Assembly: GCA_049322915.1 (NCBI GenBank)
Contig: JBMOPW010000001.1
Location: forward strand, 105,858-169,857
DNA length: 64,000 nt
Direction of reading: 5' to 3'
Source of the DNA: Candidatus Zhuqueibacterota bacterium
Lineage (GTDB): Bacteria > Zhuqueibacterota > Zhuqueibacteria > Thermofontimicrobiales > Thermofontimicrobiaceae
Position numbers and translations under genes: made by a program. Positions within the stretch are counted from its first letter, which is position 1. Each line of letters opens with the position of its first letter. The notes beneath the pieces were generated by a model. It saw nothing but the letters and a program-made list of their open reading frames with translations. It did no database searches and had not been told where the DNA came from. Below are positions 1 to 9,104 of the stretch, in pieces.

Positions 1-78
1 AATACAGCCAATTATTTCAGATAGAACAACATGAATAAAAACATAAAGATAATTCTTTGGAGCCAAGTCACCAATATA

Positions 79-102
79 AAAACGGCCATATATGGCCGTT
101 TT
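79..102. terminator. Perfect 24-bp palindrome with A/T-rich ends, probable (bidirectional) terminator
   Basis: AAAACGGCCATA-TATGGCCGTTTT. Confidence 0.5.
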
Positions 103-229
103 ATCTCTCTGGCAGAAAACGAATACGAAATTCCAATTCCTGATCCGTGATGGGAATATCGATTTAAGTGGCGTAAAAACAGGCCTGGCCAGGTCTTCAA
201 ACGCAAATGCATTTAATAGTAATGATTAT

Positions 230-245
230 TGGCATGATTTTGGCA
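230..245 (+). promoter_or_regulatory. Putative sigma54 (-24/-12) promoter
   Basis: TGGCATGATTTTGGCA has GG-N10-GC spacing, ~50 nt upstream of the receiver gene. Confidence 0.45.
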
Positions 246-294
246 ATGCATAGCTCAAATCCGAGACGAAGAGAAATGTTTGGGAGGGCATGCC

Positions 295-729
295 ATGCAG
301 TGCCAAAGGGATACTATTCTGTATTTAACCAGCAGAAGGAACGCTATTGATACGAATTTGTGCCAACACATTTTACATGCATCCTATCGGTTCTTGTGGG
401 CGAGTTCCATAGATGATGCATGGATTAAGGCATCCTATCACGATGTAAAGCTTGTCTTGATCGATAGTAATCTGTATGGGATTAAAGGAATTGATGTTGC
501 AAAAATATTAAAAAGAAATTATCCCGAGATAGGCATTATCATATTAACGGCTTTTGAAGAATATTCACCGGACCTCATTAAACTTGATGAGGGAGTTCTA
601 TTCTTTCTGAAGCCCTATAATGCCGCGGAAGTTGTGAAGGCCATACGTTACTTGATTAAGAAACAACACACGTATAATTTCTCTCAATACGAGGTCCCAG
701 TTTTGAGGCAATCCCTGAGCTTCAATTGA
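295..729 (+). CDS. Single-domain (atypical) response regulator receiver
   Basis: LVLIDSNL (phospho-Asp), IIILTAF and LKP motifs; N-terminal acidic pair absent; start uncertain (ORF from 280, GGGAGG upstream). Confidence 0.7.
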   Translation: MQCQRDTILYLTSRRNAIDTNLCQHILHASYRFLWASSIDDAWIKASYHDVKLVLIDSNLYGIKGIDVAKILKRNYPEIGIIILTAFEEYSPDLIKLDEGVLFFLKPYNAAEVVKAIRYLIKKQHTYNFSQYEVPVLRQSLSFN

Positions 730-783
730 GATTCACTGGTAAGGCCTTTGTCACTTTGCTTCCCTGAATCCTGACTTCACCTT

Positions 784-826
784 CGATTGGTTAATTTACT
801 CTATTTGACCAATCGCTTTCTTTTTC
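784..826 (+). terminator. Rho-independent terminator
   Basis: CGATTGGTTAA...TTGACCAATCG followed by a T-rich tract. Confidence 0.55.
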
Positions 827-954
827 TGATAATCTATTGTGAATATTTTGTCATATATACTAATTTACCTGCAAAATTAGTTGACAACATAAAAAAAGAC
901 TTTTTAAAATAAAAAAATAATTATTATTAAATCAACTTAATAAACGACTTCAAA

Positions 955-982
955 TTGCTTTATTGAATTTTATTGCTATATT
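955..982 (+). promoter_or_regulatory. Putative sigma70 promoter (extended -10)
   Basis: TTGCTT-N16-TATATT with TG upstream of -10; GAGGTG RBS before ATG 1020. Confidence 0.4.
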
Positions 983-1019
983 ATAGTGACCCAGACAGTT
1001 TAACCAAGAGAGGTGACTT

Positions 1020-1292
1020 ATGGTTAAAAAAATTTTGGCCACTATAATATGCATGCTGTTTGTTCTCAGTTTTCTAAACGTTTCGTTCGCTAAAAATTAT
1101 CTGTCTCCCAGTTCAGCCTTTGAAAACGCGAAGTTAAAGCTCGGTGATGTCGTTGAAAAAGGTTACCAACGTATTATTTCTTTCGGAATACAGGGCGATT
1201 GGTCGGTATTAATAAATGGTATGGATCCATTACCGGATCCTCCCATGCCGCCGCCTCCTCCGCCTCCTCCGCCGAAACAGGGCGGCAATTAG
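1020..1292 (+). CDS. Small secreted protein with C-terminal polyproline tract
   Basis: Sec signal peptide (MVKK-hydrophobic-SFA), C-terminus DPLPDPPM-P9-KQGGN, strong RBS. Confidence 0.75.
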   Translation: MVKKILATIICMLFVLSFLNVSFAKNYLSPSSAFENAKLKLGDVVEKGYQRIISFGIQGDWSVLINGMDPLPDPPMPPPPPPPPPKQGGN

Positions 1293-1337
1293 TCGTATTT
1301 TTTGTGAATCGGGAACATAAACTGTCTGGGAATCTTT

Positions 1338-2408
1338 ATGTTAGTAAAAAGGAATACGCTCTTTTCATTAATTATTAATGCCTGGTTCATTTTCAATTTA
1401 TTCCTCATTGTTATATCCAATTTTCCTCATTGGCCGATCCCTACAACATCTTGGCTGAATCATTCCCTTTACTTTTTATTATTCTTACTGACAACGACAG
1501 TTGCAATTAAGGAAAAGAATGCTCGTGAGATATTCATCCTCTTATCCATTTTGTTTCTGCTCTTTGCTGCAGGAATTTTTCATTCGTTCACAGGAAACAA
1601 TTATCTGTTTGGCGATGATTACTTCGTCTACTATCTTCTGACGTATAAAAAAGTGGGCTTTTCATTTTTGGTCTTGCTCATCATCACCCAGATTTTACTG
1701 CGGTATATTCAAAAAGGGCAGTCAAAATATTTTGTCCTGGGACAATCACTTCTGGTCAGCGCCGTCGTTACGTACATTCTTTTCCGAAATTTTTTACTCG
1801 ACCGAAATTATCTGCTCTATGAAAATGTCGGATTGAAGTCGTTGTATTTCCATGTGTTGATCATCAATGTCATCTTGTTCCTTTTAATAGGGGTATATTG
1901 TTTTTTACGGTATCGACTAAAAAGGCCGAATGGGGAAACATTAGGTCTATTCATAGCAGCTTTCTTTTTATATGTGGTGATTGAAATAGGGGATTCGTAT
2001 CTTTCTTTTTTGGGCAAGAAAAATTTTAATGTGAGTCAATTGGTTTTAATCGTAAATTTGCTCATCTTTGTTGTGGTGATGCTGAGGAAGCTTATTCATT
2101 TGTATTCCCCATTCGGCAATTACTATGAAAGGCTTATACTGGCAAAACTAAATTTAATGAATGTCCCTGCAACTGGAGTTCATGAGGCGAATCGGAGTTT
2201 GATGACGACAACGGCCAAATACATTTTGAGAATGAATTATGTTTCGCCCATCAAACTGTTTTTTATTTCTCTCATTCCCAATATGTTGTATCTGCCGCTG
2301 TACATGAAAATTACTATTTTCATGATCCTGTTTTGCATGGCGACATTCATTGCCTTCTATCAGGCGTTGTACAGAAGCAGGATACGCCATAGAGGATATC
2401 TTCAATAA
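1338..2408 (+). CDS. Polytopic membrane protein (~9-10 TM; N-terminal region 7TM sensor-like)
   Basis: Many hydrophobic segments, no catalytic motif; directly follows the peptide gene. Confidence 0.7.
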   Translation: MLVKRNTLFSLIINAWFIFNLFLIVISNFPHWPIPTTSWLNHSLYFLLFLLTTTVAIKEKNAREIFILLSILFLLFAAGIFHSFTGNNYLFGDDYFVYYLLTYKKVGFSFLVLLIITQILLRYIQKGQSKYFVLGQSLLVSAVVTYILFRNFLLDRNYLLYENVGLKSLYFHVLIINVILFLLIGVYCFLRYRLKRPNGETLGLFIAAFFLYVVIEIGDSYLSFLGKKNFNVSQLVLIVNLLIFVVVMLRKLIHLYSPFGNYYERLILAKLNLMNVPATGVHEANRSLMTTTAKYILRMNYVSPIKLFFISLIPNMLYLPLYMKITIFMILFCMATFIAFYQALYRSRIRHRGYLQ

Positions 2409-2445
2409 TTCGCCGGGCACTTTTTCAGTTATTTGGCGCAATATG

Positions 2446-2482
2446 AACCCTTGTTAAGGCCTGACCTTAAAAGGGTTTTTTT
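2446..2482 (+). terminator. Rho-independent terminator
   Basis: AACCCTTGTTAAGG-loop-CCTTAAAAGGGTT followed by a T run. Confidence 0.75.
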
Positions 2483-2649
2483 GTTCTTGCGAACACCATA
2501 TTCAGTTCGCTGCTGGTGTGGATGTTGGTCGGCTATGCTAAAAAATTTTACTGGATTGTTTTGTTAAAAATTATTACATTGTTCGGCCGATTTTCCCGCT
2601 TGCGGGAATTCGGGGACTAACACATCGTTCATTAATATTGGAGATTAGA

Positions 2650-4083
2650 ATGGACCAACAGATTCGCGACGTTTTTAAAACGGCTCATGAACAAAATGTT
2701 GAGATGGTTGATTTGAAATTCTGTGATTTATTTGGTCGATGGCATCACATCACGATTCCCATTAGTCAGTTCGATGAAACTGTATTCACGCGTGGAATAG
2801 CATTTGATGGATCGAGCGTACCAGGTTTCAAAAAGCTGGAAGCCGGCGATATGGTGCTCATTCCTGATGTGAATTCACTGCTGTTTGATAAATTCTGGCA
2901 TCAAAAAACGATGAGTTTCATTTGTTCCGCTTACGAAGCCGACACTATGGAATTGTTTAAAAATGATCCGCGCAATATTGCATTTCGCGCTGAGCAGTTC
3001 CTGAAGCAGACCGGAATTGCGGACGTGAGTTATTGGAGTCCTGAATTTGAATTTTATATTTTCGATAATATAACGTATGTGAACGATATTAATCTGGCAG
3101 CCTATCAGGTCGATTCGGAGGAGGCTGACTGGAATACCGGCTATGATGAAGCGCAAAACCTGGGGCACAAGATCCCTCGCCAGGGTGGCTATCATGCCAT
3201 TCCGCCTCTCGATAATTTGTACAATCTGCGGGCAGAGATGGTGAAGCAAATCGAGCAGTGCTGCATTCCGGTTCGGTATCATCATCACGAAGTCGGCGGG
3301 CCGGGGCAATCGGAGATCGAAATCCATCATCATCCACTGCTGCGCGCAGGGGATGTGACAATGACGATCAAATATATCATTCGAATGGTGGCTAAGGAGA
3401 ATCGGAAAACCGTGACGTTCATGCCCAAGCCGTTATACAATGAAGCGGGAAGTGGCATGCATTTTCACATCAAATTGGAGAAACAGGGACAGCCTGTGTT
3501 TTATGACGCCAATGGTTATGCCGGGCTGAGTCAGACTGCGCTCTATTTCATCGGCGGTATTTTGAAACATGGGCCGGCGTTGCTGGCGTTCACCAATCCG
3601 AGCACGAATTCATACAAACGTCTGGTCCCGGGATTCGAAGCGCCGGTCAAAGCCATTTTCGGTTTGGCCAACCGCAGCGCAGCGATTCGCATTCCCAAAT
3701 ATGCCAATACGCCGGAGACAAAGCGGTTCGAATTCCGCCCCTCCGATGCTACCTGCAATGTTTACCTGGCGCTGTCGGCGCTGTTGATGGCCGGCATCGA
3801 TGGTGTAAAAAAGAAAATTGATCCGACTAAAGAGGGATTCGGACCCTATGATATCAACGTGTTCAATTTGCCGAAGCAGGACCAGGATAAAATTAAATCG
3901 CTGCCGACTTCGTTGAAAGAGGCGATGGACTGCCTTCAAAATGACCATGAGTTCCTGCTGGATGGAGCGATTTTTTCACCTCAGCTCATTGAAACATGGG
4001 TTGATCATAAGCTGAAACACGAATTTAACGAAGTGCGAAACAGGCCTCATCCCTACGAAATGAGTTTGTATTACGATCTATGA
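2650..4083 (+). CDS. glnA: Type I glutamine synthetase
   Basis: FDGSS, HHHEV, TFMPKP, GSGMHFH, NSYKRLVPGFEAP, NRSAAIRIP and EFRPSD motifs; GGAG RBS before ATG 2650. Confidence 0.97.
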   Translation: MDQQIRDVFKTAHEQNVEMVDLKFCDLFGRWHHITIPISQFDETVFTRGIAFDGSSVPGFKKLEAGDMVLIPDVNSLLFDKFWHQKTMSFICSAYEADTMELFKNDPRNIAFRAEQFLKQTGIADVSYWSPEFEFYIFDNITYVNDINLAAYQVDSEEADWNTGYDEAQNLGHKIPRQGGYHAIPPLDNLYNLRAEMVKQIEQCCIPVRYHHHEVGGPGQSEIEIHHHPLLRAGDVTMTIKYIIRMVAKENRKTVTFMPKPLYNEAGSGMHFHIKLEKQGQPVFYDANGYAGLSQTALYFIGGILKHGPALLAFTNPSTNSYKRLVPGFEAPVKAIFGLANRSAAIRIPKYANTPETKRFEFRPSDATCNVYLALSALLMAGIDGVKKKIDPTKEGFGPYDINVFNLPKQDQDKIKSLPTSLKEAMDCLQNDHEFLLDGAIFSPQLIETWVDHKLKHEFNEVRNRPHPYEMSLYYDL

Positions 4084-4200
4084 TGAATCGATGTGCGACA
4101 GGGATCGTTGGCGATGACTGGGAAAAGATTGAATCGAAAAGTTACATCAATGCCGACCAGTCTCTGTCGATGCAATTTTTAACAGGTGCAATACAGGGGC

Positions 4201-4863
4201 ATGACTGATAATAACACGACATTTCAGGTATTTACAGACTTCGATGGGACCGTTGCGCTGAATGATGTGGGGGATAAATTTTTTGAACGGTTCATCGGCC
4301 CTGACTGGATAATCGCCAATGAAAATTACAAGGCAGGGAAAATTACATCGAAACTGTACCTCATCGAGCAGTGCCAATTGGCTCGCGTTACCAGACAACA
4401 AATGACCGAGTTCAGCGATGAGCAACAGATCGATCCCCATTTCCAGTATCTCGTTGATTTCTGCCGGAATAAAAACTACCCCATCACAGTATTGAGCGAT
4501 GGACTTGATTTTTACATCCAGCGCATTCTTGATAATTTTGGGTTGAGCGATTTGGCCATCCGTTCGAATCATGTCAAATTTTTAGACGGCAATCGTATTG
4601 CCGTGGAGTTCCCCTATTTTGAATACGGCTGCCAGGCTTGCGCCAATTGCAAAGGGTACCATATTCGGAATATCCCTGGCAATGGAACCAGGACAGTTCA
4701 AATCGGGGATGGGCTCTCGGATCGCTGCGGGGCAGTTGAAGCGGATTTCATTTTCGCCAAAAATGATCTGGTCGAATTCTGTAAAAAGCATGATCTCAGT
4801 TATTTTGAATATTCGAATTTCAATGATATTCTGTTAAAATTAAAAACCCTCGACACTGAATAG
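4201..4863 (+). CDS. HAD-IB family phosphatase (MtnX-like)
   Basis: DFDGT motif I, LSDG, C..CANCK, IGDGLSD, FAK. Confidence 0.85.
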   Translation: MTDNNTTFQVFTDFDGTVALNDVGDKFFERFIGPDWIIANENYKAGKITSKLYLIEQCQLARVTRQQMTEFSDEQQIDPHFQYLVDFCRNKNYPITVLSDGLDFYIQRILDNFGLSDLAIRSNHVKFLDGNRIAVEFPYFEYGCQACANCKGYHIRNIPGNGTRTVQIGDGLSDRCGAVEADFIFAKNDLVEFCKKHDLSYFEYSNFNDILLKLKTLDTE

Positions 4864-4878
4864 ACCGGTGCACGCGAC

Positions 4879-6213
4879 GTGGATTTGTTTGAACAAGAAA
4901 AACGATCGGCATCGAACTCGGCGGCGCGGCCATTGGCCGAGCGAATGCGACCGCAGCGGCTGGATCAATTCATCGGACAGCAGCATCTGGTGGCGCCGGG
5001 AAAGGTACTTCGCGAAGCCATTGAGCAGGACCGACTGGTATCCATGATTTTCTGGGGGCCGCCCGGCGTTGGCAAAACGACGCTGGCGCGGATCATTGCC
5101 GGGGAGACGAAATCCGAGTTCTTCTCCATCAGCGCCGTCACTTCGGGCGTGGGCGATGTTCGAAAGATCATTGAGAAGGCGGGATTCAACCGGGATCAAC
5201 TGGGCCGGCGAACGATTCTTTTCATCGATGAAATTCACCGGTTCAATAAAGCGCAGCAAGATGCGCTGCTGCACTGCGTGGAGGACGGGACAATTTTGCT
5301 CATCGGTGCGACGACAGAGAATCCATCGTTCGAGGTTATTTCTCCGCTGCTGTCCCGATGCCGTGTGTACACGCTGAAAAATTTCAGCGATGATGAAGTC
5401 CGAAAAATTGTTCAACGGGCCATGGAAACGGATCCTGTGTTGCAGGAGATGAATGTCCGCGCGGACGTGGACACAATGGACACAATTGTCCGGCAGGCTG
5501 GCGGAGACGCGCGAATTGCATTGAATGCGCTGGAACTGGCAGCGCAACTTGCAATCCAGGATTCAGGCGGGCTGCGGCGTATCACCAAAGACCTGATGGC
5601 GGAAGTCCTGCAACGACGCATGCAAATTTACGACAAAAAAGGGGACTTCCACTACGACGTCATTTCAGCGTTCATCAAGAGCATTCGAGGCAGCGATCCG
5701 GACGCCGCGGTCTACTGGCTGGCGCACATGCTGGAAGGCGGCGAGGATCCCAAATTCATCGCGCGACGGATGATCATTGCAGCTTCGGAGGACATTGGCA
5801 ATGCGCATCCACAGGCGCTGGTGATTGCCACCACAGCGTTCACCGCTGTCGATTATGTGGGTATGCCGGAAGCCCGGATTATCTTATCCCAGGCTGCGAC
5901 CTATTTGGCCTCAGTCCCCAAAAGCAACGCGGCGTATCTGGCCATTGAGGCGGCATCCAAGGATGTGAAAAATTCGCCACCAGAGCCAGTTCCGCTTCAT
6001 CTCCGAAATGCTCCGACGCAATTGATGAAACAACAGGGCCACGGTGAGGGTTACCAATATCCGCATGACTTCCCGGCTCATTTTGTTGAAGCGCAGTATC
6101 TCCCCGAAAACAAAAAATCTGCTATTTACTATCATCCAACCGGGCAGGGTTTCGAAAAGTCGCTCGCCGAGAGGCTGAATCAATTGTGGAAGAGGCGGCG
6201 CCACTCCGAATGA
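4879..6213 (+). CDS. rarA: Replication-associated recombination protein A (MgsA/RarA AAA+ ATPase)
   Basis: PLAERMRP, GPPGVGKTT, FIDEIHRFNKAQQD, GATTENPSF, SAFIKSIRGSDPDAA, VPLHLRNAPT. Confidence 0.96.
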   Translation: MDLFEQEKRSASNSAARPLAERMRPQRLDQFIGQQHLVAPGKVLREAIEQDRLVSMIFWGPPGVGKTTLARIIAGETKSEFFSISAVTSGVGDVRKIIEKAGFNRDQLGRRTILFIDEIHRFNKAQQDALLHCVEDGTILLIGATTENPSFEVISPLLSRCRVYTLKNFSDDEVRKIVQRAMETDPVLQEMNVRADVDTMDTIVRQAGGDARIALNALELAAQLAIQDSGGLRRITKDLMAEVLQRRMQIYDKKGDFHYDVISAFIKSIRGSDPDAAVYWLAHMLEGGEDPKFIARRMIIAASEDIGNAHPQALVIATTAFTAVDYVGMPEARIILSQAATYLASVPKSNAAYLAIEAASKDVKNSPPEPVPLHLRNAPTQLMKQQGHGEGYQYPHDFPAHFVEAQYLPENKKSAIYYHPTGQGFEKSLAERLNQLWKRRRHSE

Positions 6214-6346
6214 CACCCGGGGAACTTTGTTTTCAGCCGCGGGTAAAATGGACAGCCTTCAGTTTTAAAGGGGACATACCCTGTAATTTCTTCAACTTGA
6301 ACAACAAAATATTTTCAACAGACATGAATAACTGAATCTGGCAGCA

Positions 6347-9058
6347 ATGAACATTCGATTCCCTTTATCAATATTTTGCCTTTCCATTATTTCACTGACC
6401 ATGCCAGGGCGCGCCTGTTCCGTTGAAATAATCCAGGACAGCACTCGGCAACAACAGGAGCAATTACAACAAAAGTTATCCGCCGTGTCGCTGCCGGATA
6501 GCGCTGCTGTTGTCGATTCTTTGTCCGGCCAGATCGATTCCGTAAAAACGCCGCCGCAGTCCTCAGTAGGCTTGGATACCATCCTGAAATACAATGCTCA
6601 GAGCATCGATGTCAGCGTCAAAGAGAATAAAATTTACCTCGTCGGCAAAGCCGATGTGTTGTATAAGGCCATGCATTTGACGGCTGAAAAAATAACCGTG
6701 GACTGGACCAAAAATACGCTCACCGCTGAAGGGGTTCCGGACACCGTCTGGACGAAATCGGAAAACCGGAGCGATTCGGTCATGACTGTCCGCTGGCGAG
6801 GCCTGCCAGTATTGGCCGATGCCGGCGATGTGATGAATGGTTTCAGAATGACCTATAATTTCGATACCGAGAAAGGCATCGTCGAAAAGGGGAGAACTGA
6901 ATTTGAGGGCGGCTATTATTCAGGGCAGAGCATCAAAAAGGTCGGCCGGGACGTGATCAATTTTTCCAATGGGTATTTCACATCCTGCGATAAAGACGAG
7001 GACCCGCATTATCATTTCCGAAGCCGGCGCATCAAGGTGCTGATCGGGGACAAGGTGATTGCCAAACCTGTCATTTTATATTTCGGCCATATGCCGGTGG
7101 CGGCCCTGCCATTTGCTGTTTTCCCCAACAAGAAAGGGCGGCATTCCGGAGTGATTGTACCCACTTACGGGGAGAGTTCCTACGAAGGTCGATTCATTCG
7201 GGGATTAGGCTACTATTGGGCGCCCAACGACTATTTCGATACCAGCATGAAAGTGGACTATTTCGACCGCAGCGGCTGGATTCTCCGCGGCGATCTGAAT
7301 TATGCCTTGCGATATGTTTTGAACGGGCGCGTCTCCGGTTCGTTCACGCGAAAGGATTTCATCAGCGGCCAGAAACAGCGGCGATGGGATGTAGTTGTCA
7401 GTCATCAGCACACCATTGATCCGACCATGCGGTTCACTGTCAGCGGCAGCTTTGTCAGCGATGATAAATTTTATAAAGATTTCAGTTCTAACATCAACAC
7501 AAGGCTGAACCGAAATATTCGCTCCGATGCGACATTTTCGAAAAACTGGACCGAGCAACGACTTTCGCTCAGCGCTAATGTATCTCAGGAACGGGATATC
7601 GAGACCGGAAAAATTTACCAGGTTCTGCCCCAGGTTCGACTTAGCATGTCGCAACGGGCGCTATTCAAAAAGACCGATAAACGCGCTAATTCGATGGCGT
7701 TGTCCTCTTCAAAAAAAAGTGATGAAAAAAATCCCTGGTATGAGTCCATCTATTTCTCGTACAGCACGAACATCTATAATAGCGTCACCAGAGGCGGCGG
7801 CGATCCGGAGCGGTCGACCCGGTATTTGAATCACAGTGCAAGTTTGAGCATGAATTCGCCGCAGAAATTTTTCGGCTGGCTGACCATGGGACAGTCCTTC
7901 AGTTACCAGGATCGATGGTATGATCGCTACCGGAAAAATCGTTTTGATGCAGCGACCAATTCGGTCGTCTCGGATACACTTCAGGGATTCGCCTCCAAAC
8001 GAACATTCTCCTACAATGTGAACGCGACGACCAATATTTATGGAATGTTCGCACCGCGAATCGGCAGGGTTCAGGCGATTCGTCATGTCATTACGCCCAA
8101 TGTCAGCTTCCAGTACCAACCAAATTTTTCGGACACCCAATGGGGCTATGTCGATGTCTTCACGGATACCAGCGGGAATGTCGTAAAAGCGTCCCGATTT
8201 CTCGATTCGGTTCCCGGTTCCACTCAGAAAAGCATGTCCTTCAGCATCCGGAACTTGTTTCAGATGAAAATGATGGACGGGGAGAAAGAAAAAAAGTTCG
8301 ACCTGTTCACATTGAATTTCAGCTCCGGGTATGACTTTGAGGAGGATTCATTGCGGTTCAGCGATGTGAGTTCATCGTTCCGTTCCACGATCGCCAGAAA
8401 ATTGAATATCGACTTGTCTGCCAATCACAGTTTCTACAAATACGATACGACGTTGAATCGTACGGTGGACCAGTATGTTATTCAAGATTGGAAGAGGGGG
8501 AAATTTCTGCGGCTGAACAATCTTCGACTTTCGGCTTCGATTCAATTCCAGGGTTCCAGGAAGACGGATCCGAATAAAAAGAAAGAGGCAGGGGAGGAGC
8601 AGGTTTTTATCGATGAGGCCAGCGGGCAGGTCGTGTCAGAACAGGAATACTACGATCGCATGTACGAGCCGGGTGGCAACCGCTTCGAGGTGAATGAGGG
8701 GTTCTCCGGGCTGGATATTCCCTGGCGCATGTCCCTGGCGTTCAGCTATTCGCTGAGTAAATACAATCCGGAAAGTCCGACCAAGAATTACTATCTGGAT
8801 ATCACCGGTATGGAAGCGCAACTCACGAAAAACTGGAAAATCAGTTATACCGCGCATTATGATTTGCAGACAAAACAAGTGGTGAATCATGCGTTCACAA
8901 TTTACCGGGATTTGCATTGCTGGGAAGCGCGGCTCACGTGGCGTCCATCGGGGATCGGAGGCAATTCGTACTACCTGCGCATTAATGTGAAAGCACCGCA
9001 GTTGCGCGATTTGAAATACGAACAACGCGGTGGCAGAAGCAGTGTCTTGAGGTATTAA
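6347..9058 (+). CDS. lptD: LPS assembly outer-membrane protein LptD (Bacteroidota-type)
   Basis: Signal peptide, OstA-like N-terminus, FTSCD...PHYHF, GLGYYW, RHVITP, RDLHCWE near the C-terminus. Confidence 0.85.
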   Translation: MNIRFPLSIFCLSIISLTMPGRACSVEIIQDSTRQQQEQLQQKLSAVSLPDSAAVVDSLSGQIDSVKTPPQSSVGLDTILKYNAQSIDVSVKENKIYLVGKADVLYKAMHLTAEKITVDWTKNTLTAEGVPDTVWTKSENRSDSVMTVRWRGLPVLADAGDVMNGFRMTYNFDTEKGIVEKGRTEFEGGYYSGQSIKKVGRDVINFSNGYFTSCDKDEDPHYHFRSRRIKVLIGDKVIAKPVILYFGHMPVAALPFAVFPNKKGRHSGVIVPTYGESSYEGRFIRGLGYYWAPNDYFDTSMKVDYFDRSGWILRGDLNYALRYVLNGRVSGSFTRKDFISGQKQRRWDVVVSHQHTIDPTMRFTVSGSFVSDDKFYKDFSSNINTRLNRNIRSDATFSKNWTEQRLSLSANVSQERDIETGKIYQVLPQVRLSMSQRALFKKTDKRANSMALSSSKKSDEKNPWYESIYFSYSTNIYNSVTRGGGDPERSTRYLNHSASLSMNSPQKFFGWLTMGQSFSYQDRWYDRYRKNRFDAATNSVVSDTLQGFASKRTFSYNVNATTNIYGMFAPRIGRVQAIRHVITPNVSFQYQPNFSDTQWGYVDVFTDTSGNVVKASRFLDSVPGSTQKSMSFSIRNLFQMKMMDGEKEKKFDLFTLNFSSGYDFEEDSLRFSDVSSSFRSTIARKLNIDLSANHSFYKYDTTLNRTVDQYVIQDWKRGKFLRLNNLRLSASIQFQGSRKTDPNKKKEAGEEQVFIDEASGQVVSEQEYYDRMYEPGGNRFEVNEGFSGLDIPWRMSLAFSYSLSKYNPESPTKNYYLDITGMEAQLTKNWKISYTAHYDLQTKQVVNHAFTIYRDLHCWEARLTWRPSGIGGNSYYLRINVKAPQLRDLKYEQRGGRSSVLRY

Positions 9059-9104
9059 CCGCCGGGCTTTTCATGCTGCCCTGCGGTTTCAGCGGCTCGT
9101 TGCA

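Noticed and set aside
2581..2649. Possible glutamine (glnA) riboswitch upstream of glnA: ATCGTTCATT plus a GC hairpin
   Set aside because: The downstream CGGAAGTAAG...GAAGGAACG elements are absent and the start codon follows immediately; only a simple 5' hairpin is supported
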